Of a DNA stretch of 64,000 bases, positions 28,554-38,750 are shown in pieces. Below the pieces are notes generated by a model, which saw nothing but the letters and a program-made list of their open reading frames with translations, made no database searches and was not told the origin of the DNA. Source of the DNA: an uncultured Mycoplasmatota bacterium (lineage in GTDB: Bacteria > Bacillota_I > Bacilli_A > RF39 > UBA660). Within the stretch, counting starts at the first letter, position 1; every line of letters begins with the position of its first letter. The position numbers and the translations under genes are program-made. Location of the stretch: the NCBI GenBank assembly GCA_946500695.1, contig CAMMWS010000001.1, positions 13,211 through 77,210 on the forward strand. Direction: 5' to 3'.

Positions 28554-28847
28554 ATGTATAATTTATTAGATAATAATTATAAATTAACTAAAGGAAAAGA
28601 AAACTTTGATTATGAAGAAGTAAAAAAATTATTTACTGATTACTTTAAAGATTATGATTACATTTTAGGAGATTATTCTTATGGAAAAGTTAGGCTTAAA
28701 GGCTTTTATGATAGTAATAATAAAAAAGTAAAAAATATAAATGATATTAAATATTTAGATAAGTATATTAAGGAATATTGTTCTCCTGGAGCCAAGATAT
28801 TTTTGTTGAAAAAAGAAATAAATAGTAAAAATAGTAAAAAAGTGTAA
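28554..28847 (+). CDS. YutD (DUF1027) family protein
   Basis: The DYILGDYSYGKVRLKGF motif matches YutD. ORF-track start is 28545. Confidence 0.55.
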   Translation: MYNLLDNNYKLTKGKENFDYEEVKKLFTDYFKDYDYILGDYSYGKVRLKGFYDSNNKKVKNINDIKYLDKYIKEYCSPGAKIFLLKKEINSKNSKKV

Positions 28848-28919
28848 AAATAGGGCTTTCTATTTCTTTTTTTTTATGATAAAATATTTTATAGAATAGT
28901 AAAGGGAGGAAAAACGAGG

Positions 28920-29189
28920 ATGAATGAAAATAAAAAAATGACTTTATCAATTATAGGTGAAGATGGCTCTATTGACGAAGTAGAAGTTGTTATTGCCTTT
29001 GAATTTAAAGATACAAAAAAAGAATATGTTGTATACACCAAAAATGAAAAAGATGAAAATGGTAATGTAACTGTTTATGTTTCATATGTTGATAGAAGTG
29101 GAGATACTCCAAGATTATATGGTATTGATGATGAAGATGAATGGAATAGGGTAAAAGATGTATTAAGAAAATTATCAAAAAAAGACTAG
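28920..29189 (+). CDS. DUF1292 family protein
   Basis: Conserved EYVVYT...DEDEW pattern. Confidence 0.6.
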   Translation: MNENKKMTLSIIGEDGSIDEVEVVIAFEFKDTKKEYVVYTKNEKDENGNVTVYVSYVDRSGDTPRLYGIDDEDEWNRVKDVLRKLSKKD

Positions 29190-29233
29190 GATTGAAATCT
29201 AGTTGCGTTGATAATTAGTTGGAGGCGAATAAC

Positions 29234-30676
29234 ATGAAAGAAAAACTAGAGAATGATGTTTTCAAAATTATAGATATAGATGAAAATGTTTTGGCAGGAG
29301 ACGCTAATAAGTTAAAACTATTAATAACTTCTTATGCTGTTATAATGGAAGTTCAAGCTGCATATATGGAAGAAGAAGTTGAAAAGAAAAGAGAAGAACA
29401 AAGAGGCTTAGAAGTAGAGTTAGAGATGAGTGATGGCAAGAATGCCAAAGAAATAAAACAAAGAATAAATGAATTGTCCAAGGAAATAAACATCATGGAT
29501 AAAGCTATTTATGATTTTAATAAGTCACATCAAAGATTCATGTCTTTAGCTCATAAGGCTTTAAGTTTACCAGATAAAAACTTCCAAAAATTAGCTGAAA
29601 ACGGTTGGGGAGGTAGCAGGATTAATCCGTCGGTATATTTGGTAGACCTCCAAAATACAGTTAAAGAAAGTCAAGATTCTATAGTAAGAACTTCTAAAAA
29701 AACAGATGAAAAAGGGAAAAAATATGAAGAAAAACATGATATTTTCTCTAACATTGACACAGATGCTATTAAACAAGAAGTAGAAAATGTTTTAAACAAA
29801 AAAACTAATGGTAAACTTGATGATGAAGATAATAAATATGGTACACTTGGTGATTTTATAGTTTCTAATGTAAATGCTGAAACTTTTGATGCTGATGTAA
29901 AAGATTTAGCTACTGAAATAAAAAAACAACTTGATGAATCAAAAGACACAAGCAAAAAAGATTCAAAAGAAAAATCATCAGATAAAAAAGAGGCAGGAAC
30001 TCCATCATCAACTACAGATGTTACTGAAGATGATTTTGATAGGATATTAGCAGCAAATGATAAAAAAGCTGAAGCTATAACTCCTCCTGTTAGTTCTGAA
30101 GAAGACATCTTTTCGAAAGCTGATGAAGTGACTAGATCAGGTTTTAAAGCAACACCAGTTACTGAAGAAACTAGTATATTTGACACTCCAGTAACTCCAT
30201 TTACACCTTTAACACCTGAATCTACCGTAGAGCCAGATAAACCATTAGAAAGTGGTGCTGAACAACCGATTTTTAATATGTCATTTGATTTTTCAGATGA
30301 TCCAGCAATAAAAGAGCTAGAAGCACAGATTGAAGAAGCTAAAGGTCAATATAAAGGCTACCAACAAGATTTAAGAGAAAAAGAAAAAGAAGAAAAACAT
30401 TTGACTCAAACAAGAGATGAAAAGGCTGCAGAAGCAAAACAAAAAGAAGCAGCAGCAGCTAGATTTATTGAGATTCAACGTATAAAAGCACGTAATGACA
30501 GGTTAGCTAGCCTCAGAGAAGAACTTAGCGGTTACAAAAGCAAAGCTATTGAAGCGGCAGCTCAGATTAATCAAACAGCTGAAAGAAATGATAAGCTTAG
30601 AAACGAAATTGATAGCTATCAAACTAAAATAGATGAATCTGAAAGAATTATAGGAAAAGGATCTTCTAGAAAATAG
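29234..30676 (+). CDS. Acidic coiled-coil / low-complexity protein, unknown function
   Basis: K/E-rich protein with a PT-rich stretch. RBS GGAGG. ORF-track start is 29219. Confidence 0.4.
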   Translation: MKEKLENDVFKIIDIDENVLAGDANKLKLLITSYAVIMEVQAAYMEEEVEKKREEQRGLEVELEMSDGKNAKEIKQRINELSKEINIMDKAIYDFNKSHQRFMSLAHKALSLPDKNFQKLAENGWGGSRINPSVYLVDLQNTVKESQDSIVRTSKKTDEKGKKYEEKHDIFSNIDTDAIKQEVENVLNKKTNGKLDDEDNKYGTLGDFIVSNVNAETFDADVKDLATEIKKQLDESKDTSKKDSKEKSSDKKEAGTPSSTTDVTEDDFDRILAANDKKAEAITPPVSSEEDIFSKADEVTRSGFKATPVTEETSIFDTPVTPFTPLTPESTVEPDKPLESGAEQPIFNMSFDFSDDPAIKELEAQIEEAKGQYKGYQQDLREKEKEEKHLTQTRDEKAAEAKQKEAAAARFIEIQRIKARNDRLASLREELSGYKSKAIEAAAQINQTAERNDKLRNEIDSYQTKIDESERIIGKGSSRK

Positions 30677-30724
30677 AAGTTCTTTTTTTTACCATTTTTC
30701 ATATACTTTACTGAGGTTTTAGAT

Positions 30725-31624
30725 ATGAAGAATACTCTTTTTTATTATTATCAACTTAATCCAGAAAAAGTTATAAAAAAAAATAATTATTACTATTTTG
30801 AAATGAATAATTATATATATTATTTATGTCTAGTAGATAAACCACTTGAATATATTAATGAACTAACTATTTTAAATAGAAACTTAATTAATAGCAATTT
30901 TATGATAATTATATTAAATATTAATGGTAAAGCTATTAGTCTAATAAATAATCATTACTACATACTTATAAGAGGAGAAAAAAACAAGACTTTTAATATC
31001 CAAGAGTTTTATAATCCTATTTATTGTTATGGAGATATGGCTAACTTAAAATTGTTAAATCACAGTAACTGGGGAAGTTTATGGAGTGGTAAAATAGATT
31101 ATTTTGAATATCAAAAAGATTATATTAAAACAAAATATAAATTACTTTACAAAACAATAGATTATTTCATAGGATTAAGTGAAAATGCTATTGGTTATTT
31201 TAATGCTACTAATAATTATTTAAAAAAAGAAATTAATGATAATTTAGTAATTTCTAGAAGAAGAATTAATTTAAAAGACTTTAGTTTTTATAATCCTTTA
31301 AATATTGTAATTGATAATAAAGCTAGAGATAGTGCAGAATATCTTAAATATATTTTTATAAATGACGATTATACTTATGACTTTTTAGACGAATTTTTAA
31401 TTAACTTAAACTATAGTGCTTACCAATATAGCCTTTTAATAGCTAGACTTCTGTTTCCCAGTCATTATTTTGATATTTATGAAAGAATAATAAACGATAC
31501 TGTAAAAGAAAAAGAAATACTTAACATTTTAAAAAGAACAAAAGAATATGAACAGTATTTAAAATATATTTATGATTTTATAAATAAAAAAAAGACTATT
31601 TTAAAAATAGACTGGTTAGATTAA
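30725..31624 (+). CDS. Hypothetical protein, possibly CotS/YutH-like spore coat kinase-fold protein
   Basis: Call rests on position next to yutD-like genes and on size. The kinase motifs are weak. Confidence 0.3.
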   Translation: MKNTLFYYYQLNPEKVIKKNNYYYFEMNNYIYYLCLVDKPLEYINELTILNRNLINSNFMIIILNINGKAISLINNHYYILIRGEKNKTFNIQEFYNPIYCYGDMANLKLLNHSNWGSLWSGKIDYFEYQKDYIKTKYKLLYKTIDYFIGLSENAIGYFNATNNYLKKEINDNLVISRRRINLKDFSFYNPLNIVIDNKARDSAEYLKYIFINDDYTYDFLDEFLINLNYSAYQYSLLIARLLFPSHYFDIYERIINDTVKEKEILNILKRTKEYEQYLKYIYDFINKKKTILKIDWLD

Positions 31625-31869
31625 TTAACATTTTTTACTTCCTTGACTTCAGGAACTTCATTCATAATCATCTGCTCAATTCCATCTTTTAAAGTAATAT
31701 CTAGAAAAGCACATCCTTGACAAGCTCCCCCTAATTTAACATATACAACACCATCTTTATAATCAATGAATTCTAAAGAACCACCATCACTAATCAAAAA
31801 TGGTTTTAACTCTTCAATAATGTCTTTAATTCTTTTTATAATATCCTCATTGTTTTGCATTTTTATCAC
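31621..31869 (-). CDS. NifU-like (Nfu) Fe-S cluster assembly domain protein
   Basis: GGACQGC motif. Confidence 0.8.
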   Translation of the reverse strand: MIKMQNNEDIIKRIKDIIEELKPFLISDGGSLEFIDYKDGVVYVKLGGACQGCAFLDITLKDGIEQMIMNEVPEVKEVKNVN

Positions 31870-31956
31870 CTCTGTTTATTATAGACGCGTTTAAGAGTAT
31901 TGTAAAGGTTGTAAGAAAAAACATTTTTTGATATAATACACCTAGAGGTTAATTGT

Positions 31957-32310
31957 ATGGGGAAAAATTATAAAGAAGGTTCAATTGTTTTAGGGACAGT
32001 TACAGGGATAAAAGATTATGGTATTTTTGTTAAATTAGATAATAAACATAGTGGACTTATTCATATTTCAGAAATAGGTAATCACTATGTAGATGACTTA
32101 AATAAATATGTTACTTTAAATGAGCTTATTAGAGTAAAAATATTAGAAAAAAGTAGCGATAATCTTTTTAAATTAAGTATAAAAAACGTTGATTACAGAA
32201 TAACAAAAAGGTATGGAAGTAAAATTATTGAAACTCCTAGTGGCTTTAATAATCTTGCATTACACCTTGATTATTGGATAGATAAAGAACTAACAACCTC
32301 AAAAAAGTAA
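31957..32310 (+). CDS. S1 RNA-binding domain protein (general stress protein 13-like)
   Basis: GSIVLGTVTGIKDYGIFVKL...HISEI S1 fold. Confidence 0.7.
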   Translation: MGKNYKEGSIVLGTVTGIKDYGIFVKLDNKHSGLIHISEIGNHYVDDLNKYVTLNELIRVKILEKSSDNLFKLSIKNVDYRITKRYGSKIIETPSGFNNLALHLDYWIDKELTTSKK

Positions 32311-32338
32311 AAAAATATACAAAATGTCAAATAAATTA

Positions 32339-32367
32339 TTGACATTCGAACAATTAACTGGTATATT
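32339..32367 (+). promoter_or_regulatory. Promoter of the tRNA array (TTGACA-17-TATATT), overlapped by the 8-bp inverted repeat AATGTCAA/TTGACATT
   Basis: Read from the sequence upstream of tRNA-Val. Confidence 0.45.
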
Positions 32368-32387
32368 TAATTCTGTCAAACGGTTTT

Positions 32388-32464
32388 GGGCGATTAGCTC
32401 AGTTGGTTAGAGCACTTGCCTTACAAGCAAGGGGTCATAGGTTCGAGTCCTATATCGCCCACCA
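32388..32464 (+). tRNA. tRNA-Val(TAC)
   Basis: Anticodon loop CTTACAA, CCA encoded. Confidence 0.85.
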
Positions 32465-32474
32465 TTATTATGTT

Positions 32475-32550
32475 GCCGAAATAGCTCAATTGGTAGAGCA
32501 ACTGATTTGTAATCAGTAGGTTACGGGTTCGATTCCTGTTTTCGGCACCA
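32475..32550 (+). tRNA. tRNA-Thr(TGT)
   Basis: Anticodon loop TTTGTAA, CCA encoded. Confidence 0.85.
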
Positions 32551-32562
32551 TTTTATTATGTC

Positions 32563-32646
32563 GGAGAGATAGCGAAGTGGCTAAACGCGACAGACTGTAA
32601 ATCTGTTCCTTCGGGTTCGATGGTTCGAATCCATCTCTCTCCACCA
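32563..32646 (+). tRNA. tRNA-Tyr(GTA)
   Basis: Anticodon loop CTGTAAA, long variable arm, CCA encoded. Confidence 0.85.
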
Positions 32647-32668
32647 TAGTTTATATGCATTTTGTTAT

Positions 32669-32743
32669 TGCCTCGTAGCCAAGTGGTAAGGCATCAGACT
32701 TTGACTCTGACATGCGTTAGTTCGAATCTAACCGAGGCAACCA
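32669..32743 (+). tRNA. tRNA-Gln(TTG)
   Basis: Anticodon loop CTTTGAC, CCA encoded. Confidence 0.8.
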
Positions 32744-32757
32744 TCTAATTAGTTAAT

Positions 32758-32833
32758 GATCCGCTAGCTCAGTCGGTAGAGCATTTGACTTTTAATCAAA
32801 GGGTCATGAGTTCGAATCTCATGCGGGTCACCA
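32758..32833 (+). tRNA. tRNA-Lys(TTT)
   Basis: Anticodon loop CTTTTAA, CCA encoded. Confidence 0.85.
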
Positions 32834-32841
32834 TTTATTGT

Positions 32842-32930
32842 GCCTGAGTGGCGGAATTGGTAGACGCACAGGACTTAAAATCCTGCGAGGGTTATACCTC
32901 GTGCCGGTTCAAGTCCGGCCTTAGGCACCA
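32842..32930 (+). tRNA. tRNA-Leu(TAA)
   Basis: Anticodon loop CTTAAAA, long variable arm, CCA encoded. Confidence 0.85.
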
Positions 32931-32937
32931 CTTATAT

Positions 32938-33030
32938 GGAGGAATACCCAAGTCTGGTTGAAGGGACCGGTCTTGAAAACCGGGAGGTCGTGCGAGCGGC
33001 GCAGGGGTTCGAATCCCTTTTCCTCCGCCA
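32938..33030 (+). tRNA. tRNA-Ser(TGA)
   Basis: Anticodon loop CTTGAAA, long variable arm, CCA encoded. Confidence 0.85.
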
Positions 33031-33036
33031 TTATAT

Positions 33037-33113
33037 CGCGGGATGGAGCAGTTCGGTAGCTCGCAGGGCTCATAACCCTGAGGTCGGAGGTTCAAATCCT
33101 TCTCCCGCAACCA
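33037..33113 (+). tRNA. Initiator tRNA-fMet(CAT)
   Basis: C1-A72 mismatch and three G:C pairs in the anticodon stem (GGGCTCATAACCC). Confidence 0.8.
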
Positions 33114-33117
33114 ATTT

Positions 33118-33194
33118 GGTCTCATGGTGCAGCTGGTTAACACGTCTGCCTGTCACGCAGAAGATCGCGGGTTCGAGTCCCGTTGAGACCGCCA
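33118..33194 (+). tRNA. tRNA-Asp(GTC)
   Basis: Anticodon loop CTGTCAC, CCA encoded. Confidence 0.85.
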
Positions 33195-33197
33195 TAT

Positions 33198-33273
33198 GGC
33201 TTCATAGCTCAGTCGGTAGAGCAAGGGACTGAAAATCCCTGTGTCGCTGGTTCGATTCCCGCTGGAGCCACCA
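33198..33273 (+). tRNA. tRNA-Phe(GAA)
   Basis: Anticodon loop CTGAAAA, CCA encoded. Confidence 0.85.
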
Positions 33274-33286
33274 GTTAATAATACCA

Positions 33287-33314
33287 AACTCGAGACTTAT
33301 ATCTCGAGTTTTAA
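33287..33314 (+). terminator. Intrinsic terminator of the tRNA array
   Basis: Perfect hairpin AAACTCGAGA-CTTATAT-CTCGAGTTT followed by a T-run. Confidence 0.7.
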
Positions 33315-33383
33315 AATGCCTTGAACTTTACTTTTTCCACAAATTATGGTACAATATGCAATAATTTAAAGGGGTTAGGTAAT

Positions 33384-34112
33384 ATGAAATATTATAATAG
33401 AGACTGTAAGGAGTTGAATCTAAACATAGAGGCATTAAGCCATTTAAACTGTGGTGGATGTGCAGAAGTACGATATAATAGGGAAATAATTTTCAAAGAA
33501 TATTATGATTTTACAGAACGACAATTCAGATTAGCTCCTGAAATGTTTGATATTTTAAAGACTATAAGTAATGAGCATTTAATGAAAATATATGAAATTT
33601 ACAGTAAGACAAATATATTAAAATTATTATCTAGCAAAATAGGTAAGACTAAGTTTACAGTTGATGCCTACACTGCTAAATATTATAGAGATGACGATAT
33701 TGACATATTAGCAACTACTAAAGATTATCTGCTAGACAATTTTAGAGAATTAGAAGAACTGTTTACGGCATTTACAACTAACGGAATAAAGCCAGGTGAT
33801 TTAAAAAGAGATAATACAGTTTTAAACAGTAACGGAATAATATTAATTGATCCAGATTCATTTTCTATATCGCCAGATTCAAATAATGATTTAGTAATAA
33901 AAAATAAGAAAGCCCTATTATCGCTATTTAAAGACTTATTGTTAAAATGTGCCCTTTATAAAGAGGACTGTGAACAAAGTATTCAATTTATTGACAGAAA
34001 AATAGATAATGATTTAACTGATTTTAAAATAAATGAAAGAACAGAAATTACTGTGGAATTATCAAAAAAGTTAAAATATGTTAAAAGACCAATAGATTAT
34101 TTTAGAAAATAA
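33384..34112 (+). CDS. Protein-kinase-like (APH/CotS-type) fold protein, unknown function
   Basis: IKPGDLKRDN and IDPDSF resemble the catalytic loop and DFG-equivalent of phosphotransferase-fold proteins. ATG at 33384 has RBS AGGGGT. ORF-track start is 33321. Confidence 0.35.
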   Translation: MKYYNRDCKELNLNIEALSHLNCGGCAEVRYNREIIFKEYYDFTERQFRLAPEMFDILKTISNEHLMKIYEIYSKTNILKLLSSKIGKTKFTVDAYTAKYYRDDDIDILATTKDYLLDNFRELEELFTAFTTNGIKPGDLKRDNTVLNSNGIILIDPDSFSISPDSNNDLVIKNKKALLSLFKDLLLKCALYKEDCEQSIQFIDRKIDNDLTDFKINERTEITVELSKKLKYVKRPIDYFRK

Positions 34113-34248
34113 TGTCTTATAAAAATATAAACAAATTCTGTTTCCCAAGAGATGAGGTTAAAGGTAATCTAAAGCCTCTTTTTTATGCAAAGTTTTTAAT
34201 TATATGATAATATAACTATATAATTAGAAAGGCTAAATATGGTGTAAA

Positions 34249-34734
34249 ATGATAGATATAGTTGTATATAAAGATGAATATAAAGAAGACGTAAAAGATT
34301 TATTAGAAGAATTACAGGATTATCATGCTAAAATAGATGAACAAAACATAATGACTAGTGTAAGTAATTATAAAGAAGAATACTTTAATTTAATAATGAA
34401 TTTAGTAAAAGAAAAAGAAGGCAAAATTTTTCTTGCTATCAAAGACTCTAAAGTATTAGGCCTTACTATCTGTGTTGTTGATGATTTACCCTTTGGTCAT
34501 AAATATGTTAGTAGATGTCCTAAAAGAGGTAGAATTCTTAAATTAATTATAAAAGAAAAGGAAAGGAGCCAAAATATAGGTAGCTCTTTATTAGAACAAA
34601 CTGAAGCTTATTTAAAAAGTATTAATTGTAAGTATATAGATATTGATGTCTTTGGTACTAATAAAATTGGCCTTGAGTTTTATAAGAAAAAAGGATATTA
34701 TATAAGAACTTATAAAATAATAAAAAAAATCTAA
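34249..34734 (+). CDS. GNAT-family N-acetyltransferase
   Basis: GNAT motif A-like region RGRILKLII...QNIGSSLL. Confidence 0.6.
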   Translation: MIDIVVYKDEYKEDVKDLLEELQDYHAKIDEQNIMTSVSNYKEEYFNLIMNLVKEKEGKIFLAIKDSKVLGLTICVVDDLPFGHKYVSRCPKRGRILKLIIKEKERSQNIGSSLLEQTEAYLKSINCKYIDIDVFGTNKIGLEFYKKKGYYIRTYKIIKKI

Positions 34735-34742
34735 GGGTTAAA

Positions 34743-35591
34743 ATGAGAAAAGATTTAGAGTACAAAGAAATTATAAGTAAATTATCCATGGCTAATTTTG
34801 ATATTTTAAAGGGAAACTACCACTTAAAGCATACTGAAATGTTAGGATTATTAGATTATGGCCTACATGATAAAAATATTACTAAAGAAAGAAAAGAAGT
34901 ATTAGAAGCTCTTAAATGTAAGTATCAATTTTCTTTAGTCTTAAATGAATCAAAAATAGGTATTATAAGTGATACTCATATTGGAAGTGAATTAGCAAGT
35001 GCTTTCTATATCAAGAAAAGTTATGATTTTTTTAAAGAGAATAACATAACAACAGTTTTACATTTAGGTGATATTTTAGATGGCTTTGACGAAAGAGATA
35101 TTCTTACTAAAAATGAATTAATTGCAAAACTATATAAACAGATAACTTTATTTCATGATATTTTTCCTACTAATATGACTACTTATGCTATTTTAGGTAA
35201 TCATGATACTAAATTTAAACAACTAAATATCGATTTATATAAAGAGTTATCATCTCTTACTTTTATTATTTTTGGCCCAGGTGGTGCTTATATAAATTGT
35301 TCTAATTATAAATTGTTTATGGAACATAAAGTAAATTCTTCAATCTTGGTACCACCATATTATAACTATGATGTCATTTTACAAGGACATTCTCATTTGT
35401 TTAAATTCAAAGAAAATAGAAATATCTTTAAAATAGGTAGCTGCAGCAATTTGCAGCCAAATAATTATATTTTTAACAATTATGCTCCAGGCTTTGCTAT
35501 TATTTCTACAACAGATAGTTTAATTGGAGAAACTTACAATTTTAAAGAAGATGATATTATTCATACTTTATCTTTAAAACTAAAAGACTAG
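34743..35591 (+). CDS. Metallophosphoesterase (calcineurin-like)
   Basis: Motifs ISDTHIG, LHLGDILD, GNHD and GHSH. Confidence 0.7.
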   Translation: MRKDLEYKEIISKLSMANFDILKGNYHLKHTEMLGLLDYGLHDKNITKERKEVLEALKCKYQFSLVLNESKIGIISDTHIGSELASAFYIKKSYDFFKENNITTVLHLGDILDGFDERDILTKNELIAKLYKQITLFHDIFPTNMTTYAILGNHDTKFKQLNIDLYKELSSLTFIIFGPGGAYINCSNYKLFMEHKVNSSILVPPYYNYDVILQGHSHLFKFKENRNIFKIGSCSNLQPNNYIFNNYAPGFAIISTTDSLIGETYNFKEDDIIHTLSLKLKD

Positions 35592-35602
35592 TTTTTATGT
35601 AA

Positions 35603-36076
35603 CTAGTCTTCTTCACATATAGCACCTAAATTTTCATAGACGCTTTTAATATCATCAACCCTAATCTTACCGTCTTTTATTAATTGTCCATTAGCAGAGT
35701 CAATTTCAAGCAACTTATCAGTATCTACTTTTTCATAATTAATATCAACTGTAGAAGTTAATTTATTATCTTGAATTTCAACATTATACTCATAATAGTC
35801 TACATCTTGATATGGACTATATAAAGACTCTATTTGTTCTTTATAAGTATTCAAAATATCACTACTATCAGTTTCAATTGTTTCCACACTTTTAATTCTT
35901 GAAACATAATCATCTTTATATTCAACATTATACTTTAAACTAGTTTTGATATTATTCTGATTCATAGTCCTTGTACAAGTCATTGATAAAGCATCATTAC
36001 TATTCCCACATCCTGTAACCAAAAATAAAATAAATACTCCTAAAACTACTTGCCAAATTTTAAATTTCTTTTTCAT
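35603..36076 (-). CDS. Lipoprotein, unknown function
   Basis: Signal peptide with lipobox LVTGCGNS. Confidence 0.45.
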   Translation of the reverse strand: MKKKFKIWQVVLGVFILFLVTGCGNSNDALSMTCTRTMNQNNIKTSLKYNVEYKDDYVSRIKSVETIETDSSDILNTYKEQIESLYSPYQDVDYYEYNVEIQDNKLTSTVDINYEKVDTDKLLEIDSANGQLIKDGKIRVDDIKSVYENLGAICEED

Positions 36077-36168
36077 AAAATCCTCCTATTATTAATTTAT
36101 CACTTTTCTTAAATTTTTACTACAACTTTCGACAAAATAGTGAAAATATCTTTGTTAATATTAAGACG

Positions 36169-36636
36169 GTGATAATAATGACAAAGAGTTTTTTTATAAC
36201 AATGTTAGTGGCAATTTTAATAGGTGCCGTTTTAGGTAATTTTTTATTTGAACAATACAAATTAGAATCAGAGAACGTTATTAAAGAAGTAAACAGCACT
36301 TATTTTTTAATGGAAGGAAGTTATAGCACTGAATCTCAAGCAAATAATGCTGTATCTAATAATAATATAAAAACATATTTAATTGTAAAAGAAGATGCAA
36401 ATTATATTGTCTATCTTGCTATTACTAAGGATAATAATAACTTAGATAAATTAAAAAAATTATATAATGACTTAGGAATTAATTGTTCTATAAAAAAAAT
36501 GAGTGTTGAAAATGAAGAATTCTTAGCCATGTTAGAGCAAATGGATATTTTGTTAAATAAAACTTCCTCAAATGATGAAATCCTAGCAATTAATGAAGTA
36601 ATACTTGCTAACTATCAAGAATTTGTTTTGGAGTAA
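36169..36636 (+). CDS. Membrane-anchored protein, unknown function
   Basis: Single N-terminal TM segment. Confidence 0.35.
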   Translation: MIIMTKSFFITMLVAILIGAVLGNFLFEQYKLESENVIKEVNSTYFLMEGSYSTESQANNAVSNNNIKTYLIVKEDANYIVYLAITKDNNNLDKLKKLYNDLGINCSIKKMSVENEEFLAMLEQMDILLNKTSSNDEILAINEVILANYQEFVLE

Positions 36637-36680
36637 AACTATTTTTGTTGTATAAAATATAAAAGAAGGGGGTACATTTT

Positions 36681-37358
36681 ATGAAGATAAAAGAAATACC
36701 TATTAGTGAAAGACCTAGAGAAAAATTAATAAAAAAAGGTGCTAGCAGTCTTTCTAGCAGTGAACTCTTAGCCATTATTCTTGGAGAAGGAGTAAAAAAC
36801 GTTAATGCCAACGAACTTGCCTTTGAACTTTTAAAAGAAGTAAGGGATATGAAAAATTTTGTCAATCTTTCATATTTAGAACTAACTAAAATAAAAGGAA
36901 TAGGACCTGTTAAAGCTGCAAAAATACTTGCCACAGTAGAACTTGGCAAAAGAATATTTTTAGAAAGTGATAAAGAAAATATAAAATTAGTTAACTCTAA
37001 GGATATATATAATTTTTGTAAATCATTTTTTTATGGCCTAAAGCAAGAATGTTTTTATTGTCTTTATCTAGATAGTAAGAAAAGACTATTAAGTAGTAAA
37101 CTACTATTTAAAGGTACTATGACTAAAAGTAGTGTTCACCCAAGGGAAATATTTAAAGAAGCCTATAAAATAAATGCAAGTTATATAATATGTGTTCATA
37201 ATCATCCATCAGGTGTTGTAAGTCCAAGTCCTAAAGATATAGAATTTACTAATTATTTAATAAAGCTTGGCATGCTTCATGGTGTTTTAATATATGATCA
37301 TTTAATAGTTAGTGAAAATAATTATTACAGCTTTCTTGAAAATAATTTACTAGATTAA
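36681..37358 (+). CDS. radC: RadC-family JAB-domain protein
   Basis: HNHPSG JAMM motif and N-terminal HhH region. Confidence 0.85.
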   Translation: MKIKEIPISERPREKLIKKGASSLSSSELLAIILGEGVKNVNANELAFELLKEVRDMKNFVNLSYLELTKIKGIGPVKAAKILATVELGKRIFLESDKENIKLVNSKDIYNFCKSFFYGLKQECFYCLYLDSKKRLLSSKLLFKGTMTKSSVHPREIFKEAYKINASYIICVHNHPSGVVSPSPKDIEFTNYLIKLGMLHGVLIYDHLIVSENNYYSFLENNLLD

Positions 37359-37410
37359 TTGCAAAAAATCAAAGATATGGGTATACTAAACTTTGAAAGG
37401 AATAGTTGCT

Positions 37411-38208
37411 ATGTATAGAAAAAGAAATAAGAAGAAAAAAATTATTATTATCATTATAGTTATTGTATGTGCTTTTTTCATTCTTTTTTATTCGCTATCA
37501 TCAAATAGAAAGCTAACTGTTGTAGAGTCTTTTTTTAAAGATGTTGCAACAACTGTAATGAAAGGAGTTATGTTACCATTTACTTCCCTAAATACTGATA
37601 AAGATAGCGATTTAACAGAAAGTTATGTTATTCAAAAGAATTTAAATGTTCATTTGGAAGAAGAAATAGAACAACTAAGAGATACTCTTGATTTAAATCA
37701 GACTTTAACAGGCTATGATGTTGTTAATGCCACTGTCATTACTAGAAATAGAAGTTATTGGTACCAAACATTAACTATTGATAAAGGTAAAAAAGATGGA
37801 TTAAGAGAAAATATGGTTGCAATAACTAAAAATGGTCTTATCGGTAAAATACAAAACGTTACTAATCATTCCAGTGAAATAAAATTAATAACTGCCAATG
37901 ATGTAAATAATAAAGTATCTGTATCTATTGCTACCACAACAGGAGAAACAACCGCTATACTTAGTGGCTATGATAAAGAAAATAATTTAGTCTTAATCAG
38001 TGGTGTAGATAGCAGGGTTGATATAAAACAAGGTGACGTAGTTACTACTAGTGGTTTAGGTGGAATGTTCCCAAGAGGAATATATATAGGAGAAGTAGAG
38101 CAAGTTACTAATGATAAGTATGGCTTAAGTAAGACTTTAGGTGTTAAAACTACTCAAGACTTCAATAATATTCATTATGTAACCGTCCTAAAGGAGGAAA
38201 AAAATTGA
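37411..38208 (+). CDS. mreC: Rod shape-determining protein MreC
   Basis: N-terminal TM segment, coiled coil and MreC beta-domain. Position after radC. ORF-track start is 37393. Confidence 0.75.
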   Translation: MYRKRNKKKKIIIIIIVIVCAFFILFYSLSSNRKLTVVESFFKDVATTVMKGVMLPFTSLNTDKDSDLTESYVIQKNLNVHLEEEIEQLRDTLDLNQTLTGYDVVNATVITRNRSYWYQTLTIDKGKKDGLRENMVAITKNGLIGKIQNVTNHSSEIKLITANDVNNKVSVSIATTTGETTAILSGYDKENNLVLISGVDSRVDIKQGDVVTTSGLGGMFPRGIYIGEVEQVTNDKYGLSKTLGVKTTQDFNNIHYVTVLKEEKN

Positions 38209-38705
38209 TATTTCAAATAGTAATTGTCATTATTTCTTTCTTTCTAGATGGAATTTTAAGTAATTTTCTTCCCTATATGCTAGGAGATATTTCTTTATTT
38301 ACACCATACTTTACTCTTGTTAGTTTAATAGTAATTTATCCATTCTTTAAAAAAAGGCCAAGAGACTATTTTATCTTAATAGGAATAATGGGGTTCCTTT
38401 ATGATTTATTTTATACAAACCTTTTATTTACTCATGCAATTTTCTTCCTATTAATAGGTTATATTGTCAGTTTTATATACAAAAAAATGGAACTAAATTT
38501 ATTAACTAATCTCTTTTTAATTATTCTTGTTATAATTTTTTATCAATTAATCTTTTCCCTTAGCCTTTTCATCTTTAATGTAGTACCTATCACCATAGAA
38601 AGTATTATTTACTTAATTAGTCATAGTCTAATATTAAATATTATTTATGGAGAGATTATTTACTTAATATGTAAGTATTTGCCACACAAAAGACATCTTA
38701 ACTAA
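38205..38705 (+). CDS. mreD: Rod shape-determining protein MreD
   Basis: Polytopic small membrane protein translationally coupled to mreC. Confidence 0.6.
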   Translation: MIFQIVIVIISFFLDGILSNFLPYMLGDISLFTPYFTLVSLIVIYPFFKKRPRDYFILIGIMGFLYDLFYTNLLFTHAIFFLLIGYIVSFIYKKMELNLLTNLFLIILVIIFYQLIFSLSLFIFNVVPITIESIIYLISHSLILNIIYGEIIYLICKYLPHKRHLN

Positions 38706-38750
38706 TGTCTTTTTATTTTTCTTAATTCATATAATTTAATGGTGATATAA

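Noticed and set aside
28768-28950. ORF 28768..28950 (-)
   Set aside because: It spans the yutD-like 3' end and the intergenic region. F/Y/L-rich AT-driven frame.
32892-33232. ORF-track ORFs 32892..33143 (-) and 32936..33232 (+)
   Set aside because: They lie entirely over the tRNA-Leu/Ser/fMet/Asp/Phe genes. GC-rich tRNA sequence gives stop-free frames by chance. No RBS.
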